Sequence record: NC_054918.1
Direction: 5' to 3' (one strand)
Source of the DNA: Escherichia phage vB_EcoM_G4498
Length of the DNA: 64,000 bases
The notes beneath the pieces are model-generated. The model was not told where the DNA came from. It saw only the letters and a list, made by a program, of their open reading frames with translations, and did not search any database. The first letter of the stretch is position 1. Each line of letters begins with the position of its first letter. Both the position numbers and the translations under genes were made by a program. Of the stretch, positions 43,181 to 52,872 are shown in pieces.

Positions 43181-45445
43181 TCATAATTTACAGGATGAAC
43201 AATCTTCAGCTTTTGGAGTTTCTATTTCATAATCATCAGTACCAGAACCATCGCGGGTATTATGATAATAGAAATTTTTTCCGCCAAAATACCAAAAATA
43301 CAAAAGGTCATCAATCATTATTGACATTGGAACCTTGCCTTTAGGGAAGATTTGGGGGTCATAGTATGTATTCGCCGAAGCTGATTGACAAACCCATTTC
43401 AGCATAATAGCTACTTGCGTAAGATAAGGTTTATTACCTTTCTTAGCTAATTTCCATGTATAATCATATAGGTCTATGTTATGTTCAATATTGGGCACGA
43501 CTTGATTAAAGGAACCCTCTTTTGATTCTTTAACAGAGACTGGTCCACGTGGAGGCTCGATACCGTTTGTACTGTTAGAAACTTGGGAAGATGACTCACA
43601 TGGCATAAGTGCTGATAGTGTGCTATTACGGATGCCAAAGAGCTTAAGGTCTTCCCGCAGCGACGACCAGTCACAAACGTATTTTGGAGCTGCGATTTGG
43701 TCAATCTTTTTATTGTACCAGTCGATAGGTAATTCGCCTCGAGACCAACGAGTGTCTGAATAATATTCGCAAGGTCCTTTTTCTTTGGCGAGCTTAATGG
43801 ATGCTTTAATGAGTCCATACTGTAATCTCTCAAATAGTTCATGTGTTAAATCGTTAGCATCTTCATAAGAAGCAAAGTTACTTGCCAGCCAAGCTGCATA
43901 GTTGGTAACACCTACACCGAGGTTACGACGCTTTTTAGCTTTTTCTGCTTCAGGAACTGGATATCCTTGGTAATCCAAAAGATTATCAAGAGCACGAACT
44001 TGAACTTCTGCCAATTCATTAATTTTATCTTGGTCTTGCCAGTCAAAATTATCTAGTACGAATGCAGAGAGAGTACACAATCCAATTTCAGCATCAGGAC
44101 TATTCACATCATTTGTTGGAATAGCAATTTCACAGCACAAGTTACTCTGACGAATAGGTGCCTTTTCACGAATAAACGGAGTATAGTTATTCGTATTATC
44201 AATGAACTGTACATAAATTCTTGCTGTTCCTGAACGTTCAGTCATGAGCAATTCAAATAGTTCACGGGCTTTAATACGCTTTTTACGAATATTAGGGTCT
44301 TTTTCTGCTGCTTCGTATAATTCACGGAAACGGTCTTGGTCTTTAAAATAAGAATAATAAAGCTCTCCACCCATTTCATGCGGACTGAACAAAGTAATGT
44401 AATCGTTCTTTCCGAATCGTTCCATCATCAAATCATTCAGTTGAACACCATAATCCATATGACGAATGCGGTTTTCTTCTACGCCTTTGTTATTTTTCAA
44501 AACGAGAAGATTTTCAACTTCCAAATGCCAAATAGGATAATAAGCAGTAGCAGCGCCGCCACGAATTCCACCCTGTGAACATGATTTAACTGCAGTCTGA
44601 AAATGTTTCCAAAAAGGAATAACACCAGTATGGCGTACTTCACCCATGCCAATCTTAGAACCTTCGGCACGAATCATACCAACGTTAATACCAATTCCAG
44701 CGCGTTTAGAGATATATTCAACAATCGAAGCGGAAGCCTTATTGATAGACTTCAGCGAATCACCTGCCTCAATAACAACACATGAACTAAACTGTCGAGT
44801 CGGAGTACGACAACCAGCCATAATAGGAGTTGGTAATGAAATCTGTCGAGTAGATACTGCTTCATAAAAACGAATAACATGTTTTAATCTATCAACAGGT
44901 TCATCTTGATGCAATGCCATTCCAATAGTCATAAATGCAAACTGCGGAGTTTCATAAATTTGACCAGTGGTTTTATCTTTAACGAGATATTTTTCTTTTA
45001 ATTGCATCGCCCCGGAATAAGTAAATTCCATATCCCGTTCGTGCTTAATTTTTGATTCTAAAAATGTAATTTCTTCTGCTGAATATTTTGACAACAATTC
45101 AGGGTCATATTTACCTTCATTTACACAGTAAGAAATATGGTCAATAAATGAACGCGGTTCATACTGCCCATAAACATGCTTACGAAGAGCGAACATTAGA
45201 CAACGTGCAGCTACATATTGATAATCAGGCTCTTCAACCGAAATAGAATTCGCAGCGGCCTTAATGACAATAGTCTGAATATCATCAGTTGTCATTCCAT
45301 CACGGAGATAAGATTTAATATTTTCATATAATTCATAAGGATCTACTGATGTTCCCTCAGCTGCCCAAGATAAAACTTTAATAATTTTTTGTGGGTCAAA
45401 GCTCTGAGAAACACCACTACTTTTGATAACATTAATTAATTGCAT
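43181..45445 (-). CDS. nrdA: ribonucleotide reductase large subunit
   Basis: 754 aa, N-terminal ATP-cone, catalytic core, C-terminal CxxC tail (CSSCKL). Confidence 0.95.
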   Translation of the reverse strand: MQLINVIKSSGVSQSFDPQKIIKVLSWAAEGTSVDPYELYENIKSYLRDGMTTDDIQTIVIKAAANSISVEEPDYQYVAARCLMFALRKHVYGQYEPRSFIDHISYCVNEGKYDPELLSKYSAEEITFLESKIKHERDMEFTYSGAMQLKEKYLVKDKTTGQIYETPQFAFMTIGMALHQDEPVDRLKHVIRFYEAVSTRQISLPTPIMAGCRTPTRQFSSCVVIEAGDSLKSINKASASIVEYISKRAGIGINVGMIRAEGSKIGMGEVRHTGVIPFWKHFQTAVKSCSQGGIRGGAATAYYPIWHLEVENLLVLKNNKGVEENRIRHMDYGVQLNDLMMERFGKNDYITLFSPHEMGGELYYSYFKDQDRFRELYEAAEKDPNIRKKRIKARELFELLMTERSGTARIYVQFIDNTNNYTPFIREKAPIRQSNLCCEIAIPTNDVNSPDAEIGLCTLSAFVLDNFDWQDQDKINELAEVQVRALDNLLDYQGYPVPEAEKAKKRRNLGVGVTNYAAWLASNFASYEDANDLTHELFERLQYGLIKASIKLAKEKGPCEYYSDTRWSRGELPIDWYNKKIDQIAAPKYVCDWSSLREDLKLFGIRNSTLSALMPCESSSQVSNSTNGIEPPRGPVSVKESKEGSFNQVVPNIEHNIDLYDYTWKLAKKGNKPYLTQVAIMLKWVCQSASANTYYDPQIFPKGKVPMSIMIDDLLYFWYFGGKNFYYHNTRDGSGTDDYEIETPKAEDCSSCKL

Positions 45446-45762
45446 AAGTCCTCAACTTGAAAATCGTCTTTAAACAATCGGTTAACTATATGAGCTATTA
45501 TATCACCATGACACGGCTTTGGTTTACATGTGCATCCTAGCCTCATTCCACGTAAAGGCTCTAAATGTGCTTTAGTTATTTCTCCGGATTTAATTCGACG
45601 TATAAAATCTTTTTTGAATAATTCAATGGCAGCCTCCCGGCTGCCAGCATCTTTACCGACGTAATTTCCCCAAAATGTACCACGGTGAATATTAACATCA
45701 AAGTCGGATTTGTATTTATTCACTACCCGACATAGACGGCCCGCGCGGTGATAATTCGGCAT
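45436..45762 (-). CDS. hypothetical Cys/His-motif protein (position of T4 nrdA.1/nrdA.2)
   Basis: 108 aa; motif [12 protein letters not shown]; ATG start. Confidence 0.55.
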   Translation of the reverse strand: MPNYHRAGRLCRVVNKYKSDFDVNIHRGTFWGNYVGKDAGSREAAIELFKKDFIRRIKSGEITKAHLEPLRGMRLGCTCKPKPCHGDIIAHIVNRLFKDDFQVEDLCN

Positions 45763-45979
45763 ATTGTTTTTCCGTTAAAACAGTAATATCGTAGTAACAG
45801 TCAGAAGAAGTTTTAACTGTGGAAATTTTATTATCAAAATACTCACGAGTCATTTTATGAGTATAATATTTTTTGCCATAAATGATAATAGGCTGATTTG
45901 GTCCTGGAACTTCTAGCTCACTTGGATTAGGAAGTGTAAAAAGAACTACACCAGAAGTATCTTTAAATCGTAAAATCAT
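45716..45979 (-). CDS. hypothetical protein
   Basis: 87 aa, ATG start; 47-nt out-of-frame overlap with downstream ORF. Confidence 0.5.
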   Translation of the reverse strand: MILRFKDTSGVVLFTLPNPSELEVPGPNQPIIIYGKKYYTHKMTREYFDNKISTVKTSSDCYYDITVLTEKQYAELSPRGPSMSGSE

Positions 45980-46836
45980 ATTGCCATTTTCCCTTTAATT
46001 GCTGGATGCGATTCATAATTTTCAAGGATAAAATCTTTCGGTTTCATGTATTCAGTTAACCAGTAAAGCTGTGTTTCGGTGTCACAATTTCCAAACTCTA
46101 TAGGCCAATCAATTTTAAGTTCACATAGTTCTTTAGGCTCACGACGTAAAATTTCTTTACATTGCTCAGTATGATTCATATAGATGTGAGTATTACCACC
46201 AGAAAATATCAAATCTCCTGGGATAAGATTACACATCTTAGCCACAATATGCGTCAAGGCAGCGTACGAGGCAATGTTGAATGGCAATCCCAAGAAAACA
46301 TCTACACTTCTTTGGTACCATTGTAAATCAAGATAACCATTACGCACATTAAACTGATAGAACATATGACAGGGCGGTAATGCCATTTGATTGATTTCAG
46401 CTGGATTCCATGCTGAAACGATTTGACGTCGATCAGTTGGTAATTTTTTAATACGATCAATAGTTTCAACTAATTGATCCACACCGCCGAAATCACGCCA
46501 TTGTTTACCGTATATAGGACCAAGTTCACCACTATGATATCCTAGGTCTTTAGCCTGGTTTTCATAGTTATCGTCCCAAATAGTTTTACCTTGAATAAGA
46601 CTACCATGTGTGCGAAGACGTAAATCATTAACATTGGTAGAACCGGAAATAAACCATAGAAGCTCAGCAATGCATGCATTCCACGCAAGCTTCTTAGTTG
46701 TTACCGCAGGAAAACCTTTAGTTAAATCCCAACGTAATTTAGTACCGAACAAAGCAATTGTTCCTGTGCCTGTTCGGTCATCGGTTTCATAGCCATTTTC
46801 AAAAATGTCTTTAATTAAATCTTGGTATTGTTTCAT
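45976..46836 (-). CDS. td: thymidylate synthase (uninterrupted)
   Basis: 286 aa continuous; catalytic Cys in [12 protein letters not shown]; no intron. Confidence 0.95.
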   Translation of the reverse strand: MKQYQDLIKDIFENGYETDDRTGTGTIALFGTKLRWDLTKGFPAVTTKKLAWNACIAELLWFISGSTNVNDLRLRTHGSLIQGKTIWDDNYENQAKDLGYHSGELGPIYGKQWRDFGGVDQLVETIDRIKKLPTDRRQIVSAWNPAEINQMALPPCHMFYQFNVRNGYLDLQWYQRSVDVFLGLPFNIASYAALTHIVAKMCNLIPGDLIFSGGNTHIYMNHTEQCKEILRREPKELCELKIDWPIEFGNCDTETQLYWLTEYMKPKDFILENYESHPAIKGKMAI

Positions 46837-46881
46837 TTAGTACCTTATATAAATTATAATACATTTTATGAAGCTAAATAA

Positions 46882-47229
46882 TCAATACGGTTTAGCATCA
46901 AATTTTCTCTCAATTTCAGGCGTGAAATATAATTCTTTACCGCGTTTGGAAAAGCGACCAATAATATGATAATTATTCTCATCAAACGTGATATTACCAA
47001 TATCCATAGCTTTCAACCAAATATCGATATTTCTATCCAGCTTTATGTCAAAATTCCAATACGGAGAACTATTACCGAAAATACTGCAAGCGGATTCAGT
47101 GAAACAACTGCTATAAATCTTGTCTTTAGGAACTACTAATTGATAGACACCTTTAATAAACTGAGGACCCTGCCACTTTGGCTGTTTCGTGTCTTTTTCT
47201 AATAGAATAGGGTAATAATTAAAATTCAT
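46882..47229 (-). CDS. hypothetical protein inserted between frd and td
   Basis: 115 aa, ATG start, no recognisable motif; occupies a ~410 bp interval separating frd and td. Confidence 0.6.
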   Translation of the reverse strand: MNFNYYPILLEKDTKQPKWQGPQFIKGVYQLVVPKDKIYSSCFTESACSIFGNSSPYWNFDIKLDRNIDIWLKAMDIGNITFDENNYHIIGRFSKRGKELYFTPEIERKFDAKPY

Positions 47230-47248
47230 ATTTCCGCCACGCGTTATT

Positions 47249-48075
<827 letters not shown>

Positions 48076-48086
48076 ATTGCCTCCTA

Positions 48087-48419
48087 TTAAAAAGGATCAG
48101 TAACATATCCGCTAGCTTTAATCATTTTAATTAACGTTAACATTCCTTTGTTAACTGCTCGTGAGATTTCATCAAAAACTTCATCACTAAAAAGTTCTAA
48201 CACGCCCTTCTGAACTTTTAATTTACAGCCAACAATTTCGTCATCTCCTATAGTAAATTCGCTTCCGCCAATTCCGCCGAAAAACTTAATTACGCCAGTT
48301 AACTGTCTTCCACGAGAATATGGGTCGTGTGATAAAGTAATATGAGTCACCCCAGGTACAGTTTTAAATTGGCAGCGGATGTTTACTTGAGCAATTCCAG
48401 TTACATGAATGTCAGACAT
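48087..48419 (-). CDS. hypothetical protein (frd.2 position)
   Basis: 110 aa, ATG start. Confidence 0.55.
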   Translation of the reverse strand: MSDIHVTGIAQVNIRCQFKTVPGVTHITLSHDPYSRGRQLTGVIKFFGGIGGSEFTIGDDEIVGCKLKVQKGVLELFSDEVFDEISRAVNKGMLTLIKMIKASGYVTDPF

Positions 48420-48429
48420 ATTATTTTCC

Positions 48430-48672
48430 TCAAACAGACTTTTTCACAATTTTCCAATCAGCTTTAAACTGATCAACATCAGAATGATAAATCCAGAATC
48501 CTGCGCTTTCTCCGTCTTCATAAAGAGGACATCCATCACATTCATCTTCCCATCCCATGTCACGTAAAAGATGTTCAGCTTTTTCAACAAGTTCAGAATC
48601 TTTACCGATGATATTAAAATACCATTTACCTCTAACTTCTGAATCTTTGATGCTCTGGCGTTGTAATCTCAT
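48430..48672 (-). CDS. hypothetical protein (frd.3 position)
   Basis: 80 aa, ATG with AAGGAGAATAAA upstream; CDGC motif. Confidence 0.55.
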   Translation of the reverse strand: MRLQRQSIKDSEVRGKWYFNIIGKDSELVEKAEHLLRDMGWEDECDGCPLYEDGESAGFWIYHSDVDQFKADWKIVKKSV

Positions 48673-48810
48673 TTTATTCTCCTTAGCAAGCTTTAATCAA
48701 AAGATATAAACAGACCAACATAACTGCTGCCATAATATAAGGTGCGAACATTTTCTTTTCTCCATTAGTTTTGATAGGGTAATAGTATCACACTACTACC
48801 CTGTTGTAAA

Positions 48811-49176
48811 CTACTTTTTGAAAGTTTTTCGCAAAAGTTCAATGATTTCATCTACATTATTTTCGTCAACAATGCAGTGAATTTTTGTTACGCCAGAAAC
48901 TATGTCTTCGGCTCCATCTTCTTCAGAAGTCGGTTCTTTATACTCACGAAAACAATGAAATTCGTCTTCACAAACGTTAAAGTAAAAATGCTTTCCATTT
49001 GCGCATTCAATGTGTTTTATTACTCTAAATCCATCAACAAAGAAAGCTTCTTTAACTTCAAACCATCCACCATTTTCTTGAATAATTTTAACTATCGATG
49101 AATTAGAACGTGGGCGATAATTAATAAATGTATCAATAAGTCTTGGAACAAGCTCATACTTTTTGCCAATATACAT
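48811..49176 (-). CDS. hypothetical protein
   Basis: 121 aa, ATG with GAGGAAAACG upstream; several Cys/His. Confidence 0.55.
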   Translation of the reverse strand: MYIGKKYELVPRLIDTFINYRPRSNSSIVKIIQENGGWFEVKEAFFVDGFRVIKHIECANGKHFYFNVCEDEFHCFREYKEPTSEEDGAEDIVSGVTKIHCIVDENNVDEIIELLRKTFKK

Positions 49177-49221
49177 TACGTTTTCCTCATTTTAACGGGG
49201 CTTGTAATAGCCCCTTGATAA

Positions 49222-49452
49222 TTATTGTTCAATCAATCCCATGTAAAATTCTGCGTCTTCAGAATCCATACCATCACAATATTCATTAGCCATAAAGCGG
49301 GTGAGGTCTTCAAGAGGACCTTCAATGACAATAGAAAAATTGCAATAATTGGGATCATCGTGAATACTTGTGATACTAAGTTCAGGATAACGATTACGAA
49401 TAATTTCTTCAATATATTCAAAATCAACGATGTCAATATCAACTTTAGCCAT
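49222..49452 (-). CDS. hypothetical small acidic protein
   Basis: Track ORF starts TTG at 49515; ATG at 49452 (MAKVDIDIV) with AAAGAGGAAA upstream gives ~76 aa. Confidence 0.55.
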   Translation of the reverse strand: MAKVDIDIVDFEYIEEIIRNRYPELSITSIHDDPNYCNFSIVIEGPLEDLTRFMANEYCDGMDSEDAEFYMGLIEQ

Positions 49453-49489
49453 ATTATTTTCCTCTTTAATTATCAGCAGTATTGCCGAT

Positions 49490-49525
49490 AGTTGTATAGT
49501 ACCATGGAAGGACAAGGATGTAAAC
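49490..49525 (-). promoter_or_regulatory. early-type promoter upstream of the 76-aa ORF
   Basis: Minus strand GTTTACATCCTTGTCCTTCCATGGTACTATAC, just downstream of gene 32 terminator. Confidence 0.4.
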
Positions 49526-49556
49526 AGTTTTGTGAAAAAATTTTTGAAATAAAAAA

Positions 49557-49575
49557 GGGGACCTCTAGGGTCCCC
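49557..49575 (-). terminator. rho-independent terminator after gene 32
   Basis: Minus strand GGGGACCCTAGAGGTCCCC then TTTTTTATTTC. Confidence 0.6.
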
Positions 49576-49597
49576 AATTAATTAGTAATATAATCTG

Positions 49598-50506
49598 TTA
49601 AAGGTCATTCAAAAGGTCATCTAGATCCGTGTCATCAGCACTAGATGAACTGCCAGAGCTTGAGCTCATAAAATCATCTTCAGTTTTTGTTTTGAAGTCA
49701 TCAACATTGAATGCATCCAAATCATCAGCAACTTTATCAGCTTTCTTAGCGGCAGTTGCAGCGGCACCACCCATTGCAGCAGTTCCCATAACTTGACTGA
49801 ACTTAGTGCTCAGTTCTTCAAATGATTTGAATTTATCTTTAGAAGTCATTTCAGAAAGGTCAACCATTTGTTCGAACAGTTCTTTCTGGAAAGATTCATC
49901 GTCAATGTTTGGAATCGCAGATTGATTCAGGAATTTAGATTCGTCGTAGTTACTAAAACCAGAAACTTGTTTAACTTTCAGTACAAAGTTAGCACCTTCC
50001 CACGGACAAGTTACATCAACCGGAGTTTCACCCATTTCAACATCAACCGCAATCATCGCGTTGATTTTATCCCAGATTTTCTTACCGAAACGATATTTAA
50101 ATACTTTACCTTCGTTTTCTGGAGCAGCTGGGTCTTTTACAACAAGAATGTTAGCCCAGTAAGAAGTTTTACGTTTAACAAGACTGTACTCTTTATTGTC
50201 AGTGTTGTACAAATCATTTTTACTGATGTACTGACATACTGGACAAGAATCGTAATCACCGTAGGTAGATGAGCATGTTTCGATATACCATTTACCATTT
50301 TTCTTGAAACCGTGATTTACAAGAAGTGCGAATGGTGCTTGTTCATCATTTTTAGACGGAAGAAAACGAATTACTGCTTGGCCGTTACCCGCATTGTCGA
50401 GTTTCAGTTTCCACTCGCCTTTATCTTCAGAAGAAAAACCACCTTTATTTCCAGCCAGTTTAGCCATTTGCGCAGCGAGTTCAGCAGTAGATTTACGTTT
50501 AAACAT
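49598..50506 (-). CDS. 32: single-stranded DNA-binding protein
   Basis: 302 aa, [17 protein letters not shown]...; zinc-binding Cys/His cluster; acidic Ser-rich C-terminus. Confidence 0.96.
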   Translation of the reverse strand: MFKRKSTAELAAQMAKLAGNKGGFSSEDKGEWKLKLDNAGNGQAVIRFLPSKNDEQAPFALLVNHGFKKNGKWYIETCSSTYGDYDSCPVCQYISKNDLYNTDNKEYSLVKRKTSYWANILVVKDPAAPENEGKVFKYRFGKKIWDKINAMIAVDVEMGETPVDVTCPWEGANFVLKVKQVSGFSNYDESKFLNQSAIPNIDDESFQKELFEQMVDLSEMTSKDKFKSFEELSTKFSQVMGTAAMGGAAATAAKKADKVADDLDAFNVDDFKTKTEDDFMSSSSGSSSSADDTDLDDLLNDL

Positions 50507-50537
50507 TTTTATTTCCTTTTTAATTTAATTAACAGTT

Positions 50538-50567
50538 GGTGCTATGACGATGTATGACCTCATAGCT
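50538..50567 (-). promoter_or_regulatory. gene 32 translational operator, pseudoknot element
   Basis: Minus strand GCUAUGAGGUCAUACAUCGUCAUAGC, then AU-rich UUAAAUUAA repeats up to the SD and ATG. Confidence 0.6.
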
Positions 50568-50590
50568 GGTCAGTGAGATAATTATAATCT

Positions 50591-50598
50591 TATTTATA
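50591..50598 (-). promoter_or_regulatory. late promoter TATAAATA (minus strand) upstream of gene 32
   Basis: Exact box in the gene 32 leader. Confidence 0.5.
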
Positions 50599-50606
50599 AT
50601 AAGCAA

Positions 50607-51260
50607 TTAATACTTGCAAGATTTCACAGTTTCAATGAAAACATTTTTAGCTTTCTGTGAATCAATATTTAAAATTTTTCTATAAGCCTTTAACTTTATA
50701 GAATAATTATTCCAGACTAAATTATCAGTCTGTTCATCATGTTTATCAATTATATTTAAAAACGAATCAAGCAAGATAAACGTTTCAAACGAAATTATAT
50801 TCGATTGAAGTAGTTTAAAAATATAACTTGATTGAACTTTTGGATTATACTCAAAGATTTCTTTAAAAGCAGAAACTTCAACTTTTTTACTAAAATAGTA
50901 AATATTGCGAATATCTTCTTCAAACTTAAATTTAATTTGCTTTAAGCGTCCGATATATTCACGATAAAACACAAGTGCATCAGCGTCAGAGATGTCACCA
51001 ATCCAAGCATCTTGGTTAGCAACCAAATTACTTATAAAAATTAAAGCAAGTTCCTTTAATTTATATTTTTCTGATAACTTCTGGAAAAAATACTTATCCC
51101 TTCGCTTTTGATAAGCGGCATCAGACACCCGCATGCACCAATTATACTTAATTACATCATACTTTCCATTCATATGCTGTTTTATCATTAAGTATAATTT
51201 ATAAACTGATTTACCATCAATGTATCTTTCACCACCAGCAGGCATGCGGAGTTTAATCAT
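50607..51260 (-). CDS. 59: helicase loading protein
   Basis: 217 aa, same length and position as T4 gp59. Confidence 0.9.
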   Translation of the reverse strand: MIKLRMPAGGERYIDGKSVYKLYLMIKQHMNGKYDVIKYNWCMRVSDAAYQKRRDKYFFQKLSEKYKLKELALIFISNLVANQDAWIGDISDADALVFYREYIGRLKQIKFKFEEDIRNIYYFSKKVEVSAFKEIFEYNPKVQSSYIFKLLQSNIISFETFILLDSFLNIIDKHDEQTDNLVWNNYSIKLKAYRKILNIDSQKAKNVFIETVKSCKY

Positions 51261-51595
51261 AGTAGAAAATCTAATGTATTAGTTTTTTCACAACGAACAA
51301 CAGAAGGACGTAAAAGATTTTCGTCAATGGCTTCTGACTGAATTTTTTCAATTATACCCGAAGGAATAAATTTAGCAAATTGAGTTTCAGGAATAGAGTT
51401 TTCTTCCAAGAATGCTGTCGTAGCTTCAAGATAACTCATTCCAAACTCTTCTACCATTTTTTCAATGATAAATCCATTTTCTTGACGATCGAGAAGCTTT
51501 GCTATTTCATCCTTTTCTTTCTTGATTGAAAGTTCTTTTTCTGAAAGACCGGTCTCATCGACCGGACGAATATCATTTAGAGAAAACTGTGTCAT
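51257..51595 (-). CDS. 33: late transcription co-activator
   Basis: Track ORF starts TTG at 51604; ATG at 51595 gives 112 aa MTQFSLNDIRPVDE... Confidence 0.85.
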   Translation of the reverse strand: MTQFSLNDIRPVDETGLSEKELSIKKEKDEIAKLLDRQENGFIIEKMVEEFGMSYLEATTAFLEENSIPETQFAKFIPSGIIEKIQSEAIDENLLRPSVVRCEKTNTLDFLL

Positions 51596-51842
51596 AAAGT
51601 TCAACTACCTCTTCAGTTTCAGCTTCAAACACATCACGATTATCTTTATGATACAAAGCTAATAGACGATTAAACATCTTACCATCAACGCCAAGTTCAT
51701 CTTTAGCACGAATTCGAATATCTTTAATCAGTTCATTATAACCGGAAATTTTCAGTTTATGATCAGATGCTTCTTTAATAAATTTAGCCAAGTCTTCGCC
51801 ATGGATAGCTTCATCAAATTCAACCATTTCTTTTTTAGCCAT
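51573..51842 (-). CDS. dsbA: double-stranded DNA binding protein
   Basis: 89 aa MAKKEMVEFDEAIHGEDLAKF..., same length and position as T4 DsbA. Confidence 0.85.
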   Translation of the reverse strand: MAKKEMVEFDEAIHGEDLAKFIKEASDHKLKISGYNELIKDIRIRAKDELGVDGKMFNRLLALYHKDNRDVFEAETEEVVELYDTVFSK

Positions 51843-51850
51843 TATTCACC

Positions 51851-52768
51851 TCAAAATTCATTAATGCTATTAGTTAATTTAGAAAGACCCGCTTTTACAA
51901 AATATGAATAAATTTTGCCACGCGGTGGTAATTTATATGAATTATAGTAATTCACAATGTTTGAAGCAATATTATCAGGAATATAATCAAAATCAATTAG
52001 AACTAAATTTTCTTTATAACGATTATATTCAGATTCTGTGAGAAGCACCTTAGCTTGCTCACGGTCATTAGCAATAGCTTCAACGATTGAAGTTTTCATT
52101 GAAGGAGTTCGTTCACCTTCAACTCTGGTAAACCAAAAGTCAGATCGTACTTTAACTGAAGCAACGTTATCCTTTTTGTCGCCTTTAAGGATTTTAGTCA
52201 TACAGTCAATTTCAGCAGAACCGCTTTTAATTTTAACCCATTTCTTATGCATCGGTGACCATTGCTTAACATTTGGATATTTGTGAAGCTGTGTAAAGTC
52301 ACCATCCGATGAAATGATTAAAATCTTATGTCCTTCTAAAGAGAACTTTTTAACAAGAACAGCAATGTGGTCATCTGCTTCATACTTATCAATATCCATA
52401 ACAATGTATGGCATATAAGCTTTCAATTCATCTATAACTTTATGGCTGGATTCAAAATAACCTTCCCAGTCCCAAGTAGATTCTTCTCGTGCTTTTCCAC
52501 GGTTTTTCTTGTAATAGTAAGCGAAATCACGACGCCAGTATCCAGATTTCGCGTTATCAATACATAGTACAATTTTAGTGTATCCAAGCGTTTTTGCTTT
52601 TTTGACATTAAACTTAATTGAGTTCAATATCAAATGACGAACCATCGATAAATTAATTTTTTCTTTATCTGGGAAGTTTACCAGAGCAGTTGAAAGAGCA
52701 ATTTGACTAAAGTCAATAAAGCAAATTCCTTCTTTGTAATCTTCATCCAGCATCATTTCTAAATCCAT
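51851..52768 (-). CDS. rnh: RNase H / 5'-3' flap exonuclease
   Basis: Track ORF starts TTG at 52783; ATG at 52768 with GAGG upstream gives 305 aa; FEN-family acidic residues. Confidence 0.92.
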   Translation of the reverse strand: MDLEMMLDEDYKEGICFIDFSQIALSTALVNFPDKEKINLSMVRHLILNSIKFNVKKAKTLGYTKIVLCIDNAKSGYWRRDFAYYYKKNRGKAREESTWDWEGYFESSHKVIDELKAYMPYIVMDIDKYEADDHIAVLVKKFSLEGHKILIISSDGDFTQLHKYPNVKQWSPMHKKWVKIKSGSAEIDCMTKILKGDKKDNVASVKVRSDFWFTRVEGERTPSMKTSIVEAIANDREQAKVLLTESEYNRYKENLVLIDFDYIPDNIASNIVNYYNSYKLPPRGKIYSYFVKAGLSKLTNSINEF

Positions 52769-52794
52769 ATGAACCTCGTTCAATTAGTGAGATT

Positions 52795-52827
52795 TCTATT
52801 ATATACTATCTAAATCTTAAAGTAAAC
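52795..52827 (-). promoter_or_regulatory. early-type promoter for rnh, overlapping the divergent gene 34 late promoter
   Basis: Minus strand GTTTACTTTAAGATTTAGATAGTATATAAT. Confidence 0.4.
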
Positions 52828-52830
52828 AGG

Positions 52831-52838
52831 TATAAATA
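52831..52838 (+). promoter_or_regulatory. late promoter TATAAATA for gene 34
   Basis: Exact box ~35 nt upstream of gene 34 ATG. Confidence 0.55.
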
Positions 52839-52872
52839 CTTATTATTGAAAACACAATAGGAGCCCGGGAGA

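Noticed and set aside
49868-50272. 134-aa plus-strand ORF antisense to gene 32
   Set aside because: Embedded antisense in a highly conserved gene; no start context
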